NCBI GenBank assembly: GCA_963846575.1
Contig: CAWJWJ010000002.1
Span: forward strand, 416,001-480,000
From: an uncultured Nitrospiraceae bacterium
GTDB taxonomy: Bacteria; Nitrospirota; Nitrospiria; Nitrospirales; Nitrospiraceae
Direction of reading: 5' to 3'
DNA length: 64,000 nucleotides
Part shown: one piece after another, positions 10,376 to 21,435 of the stretch
Layout: each line of letters opens with the position of its first letter
Position numbering within the stretch: position 1 is the first letter of the stretch
Notes under the pieces: model-generated
Database searches by the model: none
What the model was told of the DNA's origin: nothing
What the model saw: only the letters and a program-made list of their open reading frames with translations
Made by a program: the position numbers and the translations under genes

Positions 10376-10990
10376 TCAAAAAATACGGCGGTATTGTCTG
10401 CTGTGTACGCCGGAATCGTCGGCGAATCCGAGGGAGCCGGTGTCAGGATTGCTGGTGTCATTGAGATCGATCCGATAATGTCCCGCTACATGTTCCATGG
10501 CTTCTTCGAACGGAATCGCCTGAGGATAGAGGTTGCCTGGAGCGTGGGCACCACGAGCCAATGTACCGAGCACATCCGGCGTGGCATATTTCGCTTCCGA
10601 AAATATGTAGAGGTCGGCGACAGCCTGGTCGCCCAGTTTGTGGCCGGGGCTGGTCGCCGGGAGCATGGTCTCGAGGGTGTGATTCAGTCTGGCTTGCTTG
10701 AACTGCTTCAGGAGGCCGACGACCTGGCTGGTCGTCACCTGGGCCGGTACGACGATGCTCATGGCATTGAACTCCGTCAATGTCGTCTCAACTTTGAACA
10801 TCACCGGGGCTGCATCAGGGTCTTCCGTGACGACTTGTGAAATCTCCGGTCCTGCGGCTTGCTTTTGCTTCCCGCTCGGGACCGCCAGGTTAATCAGCAG
10901 CCACATCACGATAATAACGCCGAAGAGGACGATGAGCGGGTGGAGCCCCGCCCGTTTACCTTCTTCGTACGGATTGTCTTCATCGCTCAT
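10376..10990 (-). CDS. Membrane-anchored hypothetical protein
   Basis: Single N-terminal TM helix; ATGA overlap with mazG stop. Confidence 0.7.
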   Translation of the reverse strand: MSDEDNPYEEGKRAGLHPLIVLFGVIIVMWLLINLAVPSGKQKQAAGPEISQVVTEDPDAAPVMFKVETTLTEFNAMSIVVPAQVTTSQVVGLLKQFKQARLNHTLETMLPATSPGHKLGDQAVADLYIFSEAKYATPDVLGTLARGAHAPGNLYPQAIPFEEAMEHVAGHYRIDLNDTSNPDTGSLGFADDSGVHSRQYRRIF

Positions 10991-11880
10991 GTGATTGCCT
11001 GCGTTGTTCCTGTCGACGGGGGATTCGACGAGGGCGACTTGGCAGACTGGCCCACCTCCAACTGTTTGGCCGCCTCCCACTGCTGATTCATTTCTGTCAG
11101 GGTAAGGTCGTTCACGCGACGTCCCTCGCGCGCCGCTTCTCGTTCGATAAACTGAAAGCGGTTTGTGAACCGGTTAGTCGCCTGACGAAGCGACTCTTCT
11201 GGATTCACTTTGAGGTGCCGAGAGACGTTGACCAGTGAAAATAGGAGATCTCCCAGTTCATCTGCCATTTCGCTCGTGGGGTCCCCCACGGTCGTTGCCC
11301 CGGCCGCGTCGTTGATGGCTTCTCGGAGTTCGCCGATCTCCTCTTCCACCTTCGCAAGGACCTCGGTCAGGCCCTGCGGGCTGTCAGGCCAGTCGAACCC
11401 GACGCGTGCCGCCCGGACCTGGCTTTGATAAGCGCGGAGTAGGGCCGGGAGCGCTTGGGGAATGTCGTGAAGGACTGATTCGGGTTGTCCTGCATTTTTG
11501 CGCTCGGCCCGCTTGATATCCTCCCAGCGATGAACGACTTGATCGGAATCGAGCCCAGACTCGGCTGGGGACGCATCGCCAAAGACATGGGGATGCCGGC
11601 GCACCAGTTTGTCCCCCAATTGCTGCACCACATCCGTTATGGTGAAGGTTCCCTCTTCCGAGCCGATTTGGCTGTGAAACAGGACCTGGAGGAGTACGTC
11701 GCCCAATTCTTCCTTGAGTTTGGCAAAATCTCGCCGGTCGATCGTATCCAGCGCCTCATAGGTTTCCTCAATCAGGTAGGGCTTGAGGGATTCGTGCGTC
11801 TGATTGCGATCCCATGGGCACCCGCCGGGCGCACGAAGCTGCGCCATGATGGCTACGACTCTATCAAACTCGTCGGACAT
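10987..11880 (-). CDS. mazG: Nucleoside triphosphate pyrophosphohydrolase MazG
   Basis: LRAPGGCPWD..QTHESL, EELGDVLLQV, second ELGDLLFS domain. Confidence 0.96.
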   Translation of the reverse strand: MSDEFDRVVAIMAQLRAPGGCPWDRNQTHESLKPYLIEETYEALDTIDRRDFAKLKEELGDVLLQVLFHSQIGSEEGTFTITDVVQQLGDKLVRRHPHVFGDASPAESGLDSDQVVHRWEDIKRAERKNAGQPESVLHDIPQALPALLRAYQSQVRAARVGFDWPDSPQGLTEVLAKVEEEIGELREAINDAAGATTVGDPTSEMADELGDLLFSLVNVSRHLKVNPEESLRQATNRFTNRFQFIEREAAREGRRVNDLTLTEMNQQWEAAKQLEVGQSAKSPSSNPPSTGTTQAIT

Positions 11881-12014
11881 GAAGATCCCCCTTGATGGCG
11901 TCACTCTAGCTGAGTTCCGTGGCGCCTTCAACGGGGCAGCTGTCTTGCGCGCGTCACAGGCCTATGGTAGGGTACCGCCCTGTCTTTGAAGGTTGGTTGA
12001 TCGGAGGCATTAGC

Positions 12015-12437
12015 ATGGGCGAAGAACAGGACCAGGGATTTGTGATTCGGGATCGTCGTGGACGAAGTGAGGGCGCGCCTTCCCCTTCCGAGGCTGCACC
12101 TCCGGCCCAGTCCGGACCGCCGCCGGCGGCCGAAGCTCATCACGAACATGGAGACTCGAGGGCCGGTCACCTTCCGGTAAACTTTTCTTCCTTCGTCATT
12201 TCCATGGGAAGCTCGGCCTTAATGCTTATGGGCGAACAACTGGATCCCGGTCAGCCGGCCATGCCCTTGAATCTCCCGCAAGCCAAAGAAATCATCGACC
12301 TGCTTTCAATGCTCGAGGAAAAGACGCGAGGCAACCTCACTTCGGATGAGCAAGTCGTCATGAAGGACATGCTCTATGCCTTGAGGATGAAATTCGTGAG
12401 TTTGACCTCTGGAAAATCAGCCATTCATACGCCCTAG
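12015..12437 (+). CDS. DUF1844-like protein
   Basis: FSSFVIS...AKEIIDLLSMLEEKTRGNLTSDE...LRMKFV. Confidence 0.85.
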   Translation: MGEEQDQGFVIRDRRGRSEGAPSPSEAAPPAQSGPPPAAEAHHEHGDSRAGHLPVNFSSFVISMGSSALMLMGEQLDPGQPAMPLNLPQAKEIIDLLSMLEEKTRGNLTSDEQVVMKDMLYALRMKFVSLTSGKSAIHTP

Positions 12438-12638
12438 TCCCGTGACCTCTGCTTCGCTGCCCGTCCTGCTTGGCGCCGTCCCGGTTTCTCCGGTCGCATC
12501 GGTGTCCCGCGTTCCCTGGTACAAGAATCTTCCTAGATGAGAACGCACCCCATATCAGTCGTTGCCTTTTTGAGACTCCCCTCGAAATTCGTTATGATGC
12601 TAGGTCGCGCGAAGGGGAGGTGAGCCGGAGGCTGCCGG

Positions 12639-14936
12639 ATGCCCGAATCGATGGACATGACCAAACTCGTCCCGCCCGGCGTGCTGCGGGAGGAAAAGCC
12701 GTTGTCCTCCGCCTCCGCGGAAAGCGAGCGGCGTAAACGCCATGTCCGGCCGGTCTGGATCGTGCTCATCCTGCTACTGCCCTGTCTCGTCCTGACGTTC
12801 TACTATGCCCAGACCGCTATCCCGCTAGGTGAGGAGTCGGATTCCTTTCTGCCCAGCACCGGGTACGCCTTCGTGCTTCTGCTGGTCAATCTCGATTTGA
12901 TCGGCTTCGTCGTTCTCACGCTCCTGCTGTCACGCAATCTCATTAAGGCCTATTTCGAACGGCGGCATCGGCTGGTGGGGTCCGGCTTCCGCGCGAAACT
13001 GGTCGCGGCGTTTATCGGATTTTCGCTGATTCCGACCGTCTTGCTGGCACTGGTCGCGAGCGGGTTGGTGAATAAGGCGGTCGACGTCTGGTTCAACGAT
13101 CAAATCGAACATGTCATGAAGGATTCCTACGAGGTCGCGCGGATGCATCATGCCGGCCATGTGTCGCTGGCGATCAATAGCGCACGCGCCATCAGTCACG
13201 AAATCTTCCGCGAAGAGCTGCTGTTACCTGAGCAACGTGACCTACTTGTCGCGGCAATCGCGAGGAAACGTGCGGAATATGCCACGGCCGGGATCGAAGT
13301 CTTTTCTTCGAAAATGGAAACTCTGACCAAGTCGCTCGATCCGGAGGTGCCGGTCACCGTGCTTGATCTGCCGATCGGCCAGTTGGTATTGCAGGTGATT
13401 AACGGCAAGCAGGAACTCACGTCGGTGCAGGAAGCGCAGACTGGCCGTCTGGTGAGGGCCGGGGTCCCCATCGCTTCGAGCATCCACCGTGGTGAGATCG
13501 ATGGTGTGGTGGTGGTGGACGCTTACGTGCCTGAATCTTTGCTCGGGAAGATGGAGAGCATCGGGCGCCAGTACTCCGAGTATAAACAGATGAAGGCCAT
13601 GAAGAATCCGATCAAGGCCGGGGCCTATTTGCTGGTAGCTGTCATTACCGTCATGATCCTGTTCAGTGCCACCTGGTTCGGCTTCTACGTGGCCCGTGGT
13701 ATCACCGTTCCGATTCAACGGCTGGCCGAGGCAACGGAATCCATTGCCCAGGGCGATCTCTCCGTGCGCATTGAAGCGAAAGCGACCGATGAAATCGGCA
13801 CCCTGGTCGAATCCTTCAATCGCATGACAGGCGATCTGCAGAGCAGCAAGACGAAAGTGGAAGAGGCCAACGTGTCGCTTCGGCAATCCAACCTCGAGTT
13901 GGATCGCCGGCGTGCCTATATTGAAACGGTGGTGGATACGATTGCTGCGGGGCTGCTCTCCATTGATCGGCAGGGGATCATCACTACCTTCAATCCGTCC
14001 GCGGAGCGCATGCTCGGGCTTTGGGCCGACCGGTTTCGCGGGCGGCCGGCCAATGAGGCGTTTAAGGAATATAAGCTGGACCTGTTTCAGTCCGTGTATG
14101 ATCGTATGCTGGCCGACCAGCGCGACAATATAGCGGTCGAGGGTCAGTTGGACCTGCAGGGGCGATTCCTGACCATCGGCGTGCACTGTTCGCGGATGAA
14201 GGATGAAGCGGCGAGGGATCTGGGGTTCGTGCTGATTTTTGAGGACCTTTCGGAATTGATCAAGGCGCAGAAGGCGGCGGCCTGGCGTGAGGTCGCGCAG
14301 CGCATCGCCCATGAGATCAAGAATCCGTTGACGCCCATCCAGCTCTCAGCCCAACGGCTGCGGAAAAAGTTCCAGGATAAGGCTCCGGATTTTGACCGGA
14401 TTTGCGACGAATCCACCCAGGTGATCGTGAATGAGGTGGGTAGTCTGAAGCAGATGCTGGACGAGTTCTCCAAATTCGCGCGCATGCCGGCGCCTCACAT
14501 GACGATGGGCTCATTGGACGACGTGGTGAAAGAAGTGGTCGCGCTGTATCAGAGCGCGCATCGCGAGATCGACTGTGTGGTGGATTTGGATCCTGACCTG
14601 CCGTCGTTTAATTTTGACCGGGAGCAGATCAAGCGCGTGCTGGTCAATTTGTGCGATAACGGTATTCACGCGATGAACCACAAGGGCCGGCTCTGGATTA
14701 CCACCCGCTACGACACGAAACAGCGAAGGGCGGTCGTAACCGTCGCGGATGAAGGATCAGGGATCGCGCCCGAGGATCAAGAGAAGTTATTCGTGCCGTA
14801 CTTTTCGAGAAAAAAGACCGGAACGGGGCTGGGACTAGCTATTGTACGGCGAATTGTGACCGATCACGACGGCCAGATTCACTCGGGAAACCATCAGCCC
14901 AAAGGCGCGCTGTTTACCTTTGAGCTGCCGGTGTAA
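12639..14936 (+). CDS. ntrY: NtrY-like membrane sensor histidine kinase (HAMP-PAS-HisKA-HATPase)
   Basis: AAWREVAQRIAHEIKNPLTPIQLSAQRL; GTGLGLAIV; upstream of sigma54 response regulator. Confidence 0.9.
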   Translation: MPESMDMTKLVPPGVLREEKPLSSASAESERRKRHVRPVWIVLILLLPCLVLTFYYAQTAIPLGEESDSFLPSTGYAFVLLLVNLDLIGFVVLTLLLSRNLIKAYFERRHRLVGSGFRAKLVAAFIGFSLIPTVLLALVASGLVNKAVDVWFNDQIEHVMKDSYEVARMHHAGHVSLAINSARAISHEIFREELLLPEQRDLLVAAIARKRAEYATAGIEVFSSKMETLTKSLDPEVPVTVLDLPIGQLVLQVINGKQELTSVQEAQTGRLVRAGVPIASSIHRGEIDGVVVVDAYVPESLLGKMESIGRQYSEYKQMKAMKNPIKAGAYLLVAVITVMILFSATWFGFYVARGITVPIQRLAEATESIAQGDLSVRIEAKATDEIGTLVESFNRMTGDLQSSKTKVEEANVSLRQSNLELDRRRAYIETVVDTIAAGLLSIDRQGIITTFNPSAERMLGLWADRFRGRPANEAFKEYKLDLFQSVYDRMLADQRDNIAVEGQLDLQGRFLTIGVHCSRMKDEAARDLGFVLIFEDLSELIKAQKAAAWREVAQRIAHEIKNPLTPIQLSAQRLRKKFQDKAPDFDRICDESTQVIVNEVGSLKQMLDEFSKFARMPAPHMTMGSLDDVVKEVVALYQSAHREIDCVVDLDPDLPSFNFDREQIKRVLVNLCDNGIHAMNHKGRLWITTRYDTKQRRAVVTVADEGSGIAPEDQEKLFVPYFSRKKTGTGLGLAIVRRIVTDHDGQIHSGNHQPKGALFTFELPV

Positions 14937-15083
14937 ACGACGCTGGGACCAGGGACCCATAGGATATTCCGCGCGGTCATCCGGCAAGGGCCGGTCAGGA
15001 TCGCAAGCCGGTAGGTTGGTGTCACAGTGGCGAGCCGCAAAGCACGGGACTTTTTCCTCACGTCCTCCTAGCCTGGAGAAGAC

Positions 15084-16484
15084 ATGTCTGCCTCGATCCT
15101 CATAGTAGACGATGAAGTGTCGATTCTGAATTCACTGAGCAGCATCCTGGAGGATGAAGGCTATGAGGTGAGTGTGGCCAAGAGCGGAACGGAGGCTCTC
15201 CGGTTGTGCGCGGTGAGTCCGCCGGAGTTGATGATGCTCGATATCTGGATGCCTGAGATGGACGGGCTGGAAACTCTCAGGCGCTTGCGTGAACTGGTTC
15301 CGAATACGCAAGTCATGATGATGTCGGGGCATGGGTCGATCGAGACGGCGGTCAGGGCTATTAAGCTGGGAGCCTATGATTACATCGAAAAGCCTCTGTC
15401 ACTCGAAAACGTCACGCTGCGGGTCAAGCATGCCTTGGATCAACACAGGCTCGAACAGGAGAACCGGACGCTTCGCACCAAGGTGGAACGCAAGTTCGAG
15501 TTGATTGGACGTGCTCCGGTCATGCAGCAATTAAAACAAATTATCGAAACGGCCGGTCCGACCAACAGTCGTGTATTGATCGGCGGTGAGAATGGAACCG
15601 GAAAAGAACTCGTCGCCAGGGCGATCCATCAACATAGTGCCAGAGTCGACCGTCCATTCGTGGCCGTGAACTGCGCCGCCATTCCCGAAACCTTGATCGA
15701 GAGCGAGCTCTTCGGGCACGAACGAGGGTCGTTCAGCGGCGCCACGGCCATGAAGCGCGGCCAATTCGAGCAGGCCGACAGCGGCACGCTGTTTTTAGAT
15801 GAAATCGCGGACATGAGCCTCAGCACCCAGGCGAAGGTCTTGCGGGCTCTTCAGGAGCAACAGTTTACGCGGGTTGGCGGAAGCAAGTTGATCAAGGTGG
15901 ATGTGCGGGTGTTGGCAGCGTCCAATAAGGATCTGTTGAAGGAAATTGACAAGGGTACCTTTCGGGAAGACCTGTTTTATCGCCTGAACGTGGTGCCGAT
16001 CGTGGTGCCGACGCTGCGCGACCGTCGTGAAGATATTCCATTGCTCGTGAAACATTTTCTCCATGTGCATGCCGAAGAACAAGGCTTGAAGATCAAGCAG
16101 GTGTCGCCGGAGGCGATGGACGTATTCATGCACTACGAGTGGCCGGGTAATATTCGCGAATTGCGCAATTTGATCGAACGACTCATGATCATGGTGCCGG
16201 GTCCGGTCATCGAGGGCACGCATGCATCGGTGGCATTACACGTCCGTCCTAATCTGTCGGCGCCGCCGGTCATGGCGGGTGTTCCACCGGCCAATGCCCT
16301 GCTGACGAGGCATTACGACTCCCTTCGCGACGCCCGCAATGCGTTCGAGAAGGAATTTATCGCACGCAAGCTGCGCGAGCACCATTGGAATATTTCCCGC
16401 ACGGCCGAAGACCTCAAGATCGAGCGCAGCCACCTCCATCGCAAGATCAAGTTGCTGGATGTGGAGATGCGCCCTGAAATCTGA
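15084..16484 (+). CDS. ntrX: NtrX-like sigma54-type response regulator (REC-AAA+-HTH Fis)
   Basis: GENGTGKELVA, ESELFGHERGSFSGA (GAFTGA variant), WPGNIRELRN. Confidence 0.9.
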   Translation: MSASILIVDDEVSILNSLSSILEDEGYEVSVAKSGTEALRLCAVSPPELMMLDIWMPEMDGLETLRRLRELVPNTQVMMMSGHGSIETAVRAIKLGAYDYIEKPLSLENVTLRVKHALDQHRLEQENRTLRTKVERKFELIGRAPVMQQLKQIIETAGPTNSRVLIGGENGTGKELVARAIHQHSARVDRPFVAVNCAAIPETLIESELFGHERGSFSGATAMKRGQFEQADSGTLFLDEIADMSLSTQAKVLRALQEQQFTRVGGSKLIKVDVRVLAASNKDLLKEIDKGTFREDLFYRLNVVPIVVPTLRDRREDIPLLVKHFLHVHAEEQGLKIKQVSPEAMDVFMHYEWPGNIRELRNLIERLMIMVPGPVIEGTHASVALHVRPNLSAPPVMAGVPPANALLTRHYDSLRDARNAFEKEFIARKLREHHWNISRTAEDLKIERSHLHRKIKLLDVEMRPEI

Positions 16485-16667
16485 GCCGCAGCCGGAACCT
16501 GTGCACCCCATGTTTTCCGGTTCGAGCTGCCTCCCACTTTTCCTCCGTGCTCCGCAATTTCCTCCCGTCTGCGGCCTGAACGGCAGCCCGCTGTTCGAGT
16601 GTCCGGGACATCTCTCAGGCTTCCACTGTTGACCAACTGTCTGCCGCATCGCTAAGATGCGACCCCT

Positions 16668-17705
16668 ATGACTACCTATCGCGATGCCGGGGTCGATATC
16701 GATGCCGGTGATGAATTTGTGGAACGGATCAAACCGCATGTGCGGGCTACGTTTCGTCCTGAGGTCCTTACCGATCTTGGCGGGTTTGGAGGATTGTTCC
16801 GGCTACAGGCGCATCGCTACCAGGAGCCCGTTCTCGTGTCCGGAACCGACGGCGTGGGGACGAAGCTGAAAATCGCGTTCCTCATGGACAAACACGATAC
16901 GGTCGGAATTGATCTGGTCGCGATGTGCGTGAACGATATCGCCGTGAGTGGCGCAGAGCCGTTGTTTTTTCTCGACTACTTCGCTACCGGGAAATTATCG
17001 TTGGGCACGGCGGAGGCCGTGGTGCGAGGAATTTCGGATGGGTGCCGCCAGGCAGGCTGTGCGCTTATCGGAGGGGAAACAGCCGAGATGCCGTCTTTCT
17101 ATGCCGAAGGGGAATACGATCTGGCCGGTTTTGCCGTCGGGGTGGTTGATCGCCCGAAGATGATTGACGGCCGACAGATTGCGCCGGGTGATGCCGTCAT
17201 CGGCCTCGCCTCGACCGGCGTGCATAGTAATGGGTTTTCACTGGTGCGGAAAGTACTCTTTGAGCGGAGCGGCCTAGGGGTCGAAAGTGTGCTGCCGGAA
17301 CTCGGCGGACCATTGGGTGAGACGTTGCTCACCCCCACGCGTATTTATGCCAAACAGGTGCTTTCGCTGGCAGAAACCTGTCCGATCAAAGGGATGGCGC
17401 ATATAACGGGTGGTGGAATCACCGATAATCTGCCCCGAGTCTTCCCGGCTCGTTGCGGGGCGCGCATCCGCCGCGGGTCGTGGCCAGTACTGCCGATTTT
17501 TCAGGTGATCCAGGACCGCGGGGCCGTTGGGGTGGATGAGATGTACCGGGTATTCAACATGGGTATCGGAATGATTCTGATCGTCGCCCCTGAACATGTT
17601 GATGCGGTTCTGGCCAAGGCTTCGCAGTTGGGCGATCACGCTTACTCCATCGGTGAGATGGTAGCGCAAACGGCGAACGAAGGTGTGGTGGAGTATGTCG
17701 GGTAG
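16668..17705 (+). CDS. purM: Phosphoribosylformylglycinamidine cyclo-ligase
   Basis: [39 protein letters not shown]. Confidence 0.98.
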   Translation: MTTYRDAGVDIDAGDEFVERIKPHVRATFRPEVLTDLGGFGGLFRLQAHRYQEPVLVSGTDGVGTKLKIAFLMDKHDTVGIDLVAMCVNDIAVSGAEPLFFLDYFATGKLSLGTAEAVVRGISDGCRQAGCALIGGETAEMPSFYAEGEYDLAGFAVGVVDRPKMIDGRQIAPGDAVIGLASTGVHSNGFSLVRKVLFERSGLGVESVLPELGGPLGETLLTPTRIYAKQVLSLAETCPIKGMAHITGGGITDNLPRVFPARCGARIRRGSWPVLPIFQVIQDRGAVGVDEMYRVFNMGIGMILIVAPEHVDAVLAKASQLGDHAYSIGEMVAQTANEGVVEYVG

Positions 17706-18369
17706 GCCGGCGCAACTGGTACGACTCGGCGTGTTACTGTCAGGCCGAGGGTCGAATCTCCAAGCAATTATTGATGCCATTGAAAGCGGAACACTCTCGG
17801 CTGAAGTCGCCGTGGTCGTCAGCAACAAACAGGATGCCGGTGGTCTCGACCGGGCACGGAAGCACGGGGTGCCACATGTGTGGCTGGATCCGAAGCCCTT
17901 CGCCGGCCGGCCGGAAAGTCGTGAGGCGTATGATCGGGCGGTGCTGGACGTCCTGCGGAAATACGAAGTGGATCTGGTACTCTTGGCCGGGTACATGAAA
18001 ATTGTGACGGGCGCGCTCGTAACCGCTTATCAGAACCGGATGATGAATATTCATCCGTCGCTGCTTCCCTCATTTCCCGGGCTGGAGGTACAGAAGAAGG
18101 CGATCGACCATGGGTGTAAAATCGCCGGCTGCACGGTGCATTTCGTGACCGAAGGCGTCGACGAGGGGCCGATCATCATCCAGGCTGCCGTGCCGATTCT
18201 GGAAGGCGACAGCCCGGATGTCCTGGCAGCCCGCATCCTGGAGCAGGAACACCGGATCTATCCCCGAGCGGTTCAACTGTTCGCTGAGGGACGGTTGCGG
18301 GTCGAGGGACGGCGAGTGATCGTGGATGAGCCAGGACTGGCCGCGGACGGTTTTCACAATCCGGTGTAA
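17695..18369 (+). CDS. purN: Phosphoribosylglycinamide formyltransferase
   Basis: [39 protein letters not shown]. Confidence 0.98.
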   Translation: MSGRPAQLVRLGVLLSGRGSNLQAIIDAIESGTLSAEVAVVVSNKQDAGGLDRARKHGVPHVWLDPKPFAGRPESREAYDRAVLDVLRKYEVDLVLLAGYMKIVTGALVTAYQNRMMNIHPSLLPSFPGLEVQKKAIDHGCKIAGCTVHFVTEGVDEGPIIIQAAVPILEGDSPDVLAARILEQEHRIYPRAVQLFAEGRLRVEGRRVIVDEPGLAADGFHNPV

Positions 18370-18420
18370 CTTGGTATGGAGACCCTGACGTCGGTTGTGT
18401 ATAATGCCCCTGAGAATTGT

Positions 18421-18496
18421 GGGGGGCTAGCTCAGTTGGGAGAGCACTACGTTCGCAACGTAGGGGTCGGGGGTTCAACTCCCCTGCCCTCCACCA
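18421..18496 (+). tRNA. tRNA-Ala(CGC)
   Basis: 76 nt; acceptor stem GGGGGGC/GCCCTCC with G3:U70; anticodon arm CTACG-TTCGCAA-CGTAG; GGTTCAA T-loop; encoded CCA. Confidence 0.96.
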
Positions 18497-20159
18497 CTTT
18501 CGTTGATGACTTCAACGCCTGTCAGTAGACGATCGAATGTACCCGTGGCCGTGAAACGATAGCCTCGTTTCCCGCCTTTCTCAACGGGCTCGCACACAAT
18601 ATGTCCATCTAAAAGCTTCCTGAGCATTTGGCGGGCAAGAGGAATCTGTCTGGCAAACAGGGCAGGGATGTCTCCCACACGATTTCTTAGTTCCTTGGCC
18701 AGACGATTCTCGTCTACCTGAACCAGTTCGACAAGCTCATCAAGTTTTACTAATTCTGCCAATAACGTCTTCTTCCTTGCTTCCTCATGATGTAGGGACT
18801 CATCTATAGCATCAGTTGCTCTACCGTTTGCGATGTGTTCAACGAGATGATGTAGCCGCGTTTGTATCAAGGAGAGTTCTCGCTCAATAGCGACGCGCTG
18901 ATCAGGAAATTTCTTCTGTTCATTCCTGACTCGTTCGAGAGCTTTGGCTACTGAAGCTTCTAGCACCTGCTCATCTAGCACGTCGTTTATTGCGTGAAGA
19001 ATTGCGGAATCGAGGATATCCTGTCGGACTTCCACACTGTTGGTACACACAGCATGGCCCCGCTTATGATGATAGGCACAGCGATATGCGATTCGTGTGT
19101 AATGCTGTTTGGAGGTTCGCTTGATTGCCACGATTGACCCGCCGCAGGTGACACATTTTGCAATGCCGCTGAGCAAATAAGTAGACCTTAAATCCTCGCC
19201 TGTCGGTCGCGAAATGAGACGGCCACTTTTCTCTCGAAGGTACGCGCATTTGTTACTCAACCTGCGCGCTTCGACCTTTTCCCACAGCGTCTCGGAGATA
19301 ATCTTCAATTCTGGCGCTTCTAATCGAAGCCATTCCGACTGCGGACGTTTTCGTTGCTTACGGGTTCCACCCAGCTGGACGGTTTGAGTCCGATTCCAGA
19401 GCACCACTCCACGATAAAGATCACGGTGCAAAATGTCTCGAAGGGCTGTCGGGCACCACCCAAGAACCCCGCCGTGCGGAGGTGCGATGTGATCTTCATT
19501 TAATGCTTTTGCGATGCGGGCGAGCCCAAGCCCTGACGCGTACATTTCGAAAATCGGACGACGACCTTAGTTTGTTCAGTATTAATTCTTCTCACCACGT
19601 GTTGACGATGTGGTGTCCCGTCCGCGTTCGCCTGGTTACCGTATATGGGGACATTGTCATAGCCAAACACCTTATTCCCCGTTACGTGAAGAGCCTTGGC
19701 TTTTCGAAACATGGCGTCATAGGTTCTTTGACTCGCTTTCTCTCGCTCCATTTCTGCCGAGAAATTCGTGAGGCTGAGCATCACTTTGTCGAGAGCATTG
19801 TCGAGCTTTCGTTCTTGATTGGTCAGATAGAAGAATATGCGCACGCCACTGTCGATAATTTGCTTAAAGGCATAACTTGATTGAATGGCCTCGCGGCCCA
19901 ATCGAGACTCTTCGCTCATAATAAGAACTTGGAAAGCTGGACGTGGCTTAAGAGCATTCATCAGTCGAAGAAAGCCCTGTCGCTTTAAGAATTCCGCGCC
20001 AGACACGCCGTCATCAGAGTAAATATGCTCCTTAGAAACGGTCCAGCCCTTTTGTTCGGCATAGGCAATACCGTGTTCTATTTGACGAGTAACCGACTTC
20101 TCTTCATCACTGAACCCTACCTGTTCAGTCGACTTTCTACAGTAGATGGCCGCAATCAT
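18475..20159 (-). pseudogene. Large serine recombinase (resolvase + recombinase + zinc-ribbon domains), split by a frameshift near 19553
   Basis: ORF 19500-20159: IYCRKST, DDGVSG, SRLGRE, FGYD; ORF 18475-19545: IAKALNE, LLSGIAKCVTCGG...YRC; one extra base restores VVRIFEMYASG. Confidence 0.9.
18485..18496 (+). repeat. attL core (tRNA 3' end) TGCCCTCCACCA
   Basis: Identical 12-mer at 46824-46835; adjacent to recombinase. Confidence 0.8.
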
Positions 20160-20232
20160 CCCACTGCTCCTTTCAATTCCAAGTCGCCGCGTTTCGGCGA
20201 GGGAACATGAATGTTCCGACGCTGAGGGATTA

Positions 20233-20487
20233 TTAGCTTTCAGTGGACGGTGTCAACGCTAATTTACGGTTGGTTCGGGAAGGGGAATCGACCGTAAACA
20301 CTGTATGTGCTTGAAGATCCAAGAGAAGTAAATCATCAAGCAATGAAGAAATGTCATCGCGGAGTTGAGCGGAAATAGCTGTCTTGTCGGTTGGTGTCCA
20401 TTGTATTGATTTCTCTCTCACATGGATCGACCTAGCGTTACATCGTTTCATATAAATGCTCTTCAGATTTAATTGGACCGGTGCCAT
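20233..20487 (-). CDS. Small hypothetical protein upstream of recombinase (possible directionality factor)
   Basis: Co-oriented ORF immediately 5' of the recombinase; function is a guess, start uncertain. Confidence 0.3.
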   Translation of the reverse strand: MAPVQLNLKSIYMKRCNARSIHVREKSIQWTPTDKTAISAQLRDDISSLLDDLLLLDLQAHTVFTVDSPSRTNRKLALTPSTES

Positions 20488-20713
20488 TTACAAGATCCCA
20501 GTTCCATCGACTGAACCGTCTGCCGGTCCAACGGCTCCACGCCAAGAGTAAATCTCAGTAGGTGCGACCCGCGGCCGGGGAGCAGGGGATCAGGCCTTCC
20601 CGTCCGTTCGTCCAGGCCTGCCCGCTGCGAGAGCCTCGTGCCGCCTCTTCTTCTACGCCCCACCCTCGGTGTGTGAAGGGTGGGGCTACATAGCAATGAA
20701 GAAGGAGGCGCAC

Positions 20714-21217
20714 ATGTCTGTTGAAGGCTCTCTCGGTTCCTCGAACGGTGGACGGCCACTGAGCCAAAAATCCCGCTACGGCGTGCCTCGGTACCGCGTC
20801 ACGCTCGTGCGCGAGGGCCGTGCCATTCCCGCGACCGAGTCCATCACGACGTCGGAGGGCGCTGCGGAGCTCCTGCGTCCCTTGTTCGCCGGTCTGGACC
20901 GGGAGCAGTTCCTGTTCTGTGGCCTGGATGCGAAGCATCGGCTTATCGGCATCAATGTGGTGTCCACCGGGTCGCTCACCCTGGCCATTGTCCATCCCCG
21001 CGAAGTCTTCAAACCGCTGATCCTGATGAATGCCGGGGCCTGGATTTGTTCGCACAACCACCCCTCTGGCGATACCATGCCCAGCCCGGAAGATCGCGTC
21101 CTGACCACACGGCTGCGCGAAGCGGCTGATCTGTTCGGCATTCCGCTGCTGGACCATCTCATCTTGGCTGACGACCGCTATTACAGCTTCGCCGACCAGG
21201 GCTGGTTCGGCGCCTAG
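20714..21217 (+). CDS. RadC-like JAB-domain protein (UPF0758 C-terminal domain only)
   Basis: DREQF, VHPREVFK, HNHPSGDTMPSPED, LLDHLI; AAGGAGG RBS. Confidence 0.93.
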   Translation: MSVEGSLGSSNGGRPLSQKSRYGVPRYRVTLVREGRAIPATESITTSEGAAELLRPLFAGLDREQFLFCGLDAKHRLIGINVVSTGSLTLAIVHPREVFKPLILMNAGAWICSHNHPSGDTMPSPEDRVLTTRLREAADLFGIPLLDHLILADDRYYSFADQGWFGA

Positions 21218-21342
21218 CGGAGCAGCCGCACCACCCAGGTCGCTCCGGCGGCTACCAAGGCGAGCCCGATCGCTGCCGTGCCCCAGGCGACCAGGTCGGT
21301 GGCCAACGCGTTCCCGATGTTTTGAATCTGTTGCGCCGTCAT
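21214..21342 (-). CDS. Signal-less coat-like protein (42 aa), paralogue of the major coat
   Basis: Manual ORF MTAQQIQNIGNALATDLVAWGTAAIGLALVAAGATWVVRLLR; AAAGGAG RBS; amphipathic N-terminus + TM + basic tail. Confidence 0.7.
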   Translation of the reverse strand: MTAQQIQNIGNALATDLVAWGTAAIGLALVAAGATWVVRLLR

Positions 21343-21389
21343 CACGAAACTCCTTTGCCGCCACCCTCTCGATGTTGTCGTAGGATGCG

Positions 21390-21423
21390 AGAAAAGGAGG
21401 CAGGCTGCTGCTCAGCCCGCCTC
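21390..21423 (-). terminator. Intrinsic terminator after major coat gene
   Basis: Minus strand GAGGCGGGCTG-AGCAG-CAGCCTGCCTC-CTTTTCT. Confidence 0.7.
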
Positions 21424-21435
21424 GATGGGCTCTTC

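Noticed and set aside
13242..14312. Long antisense ORFs (also 7100-7954, 24564-25661, 47885-48679)
   Set aside because: Shadows of well-supported genes on the opposite strand, typical of GC-rich DNA.
19540..19565. Programmed frameshift in the recombinase
   Set aside because: No X XXY YYZ slippery heptamer at the junction; simple 1-bp loss is more parsimonious.
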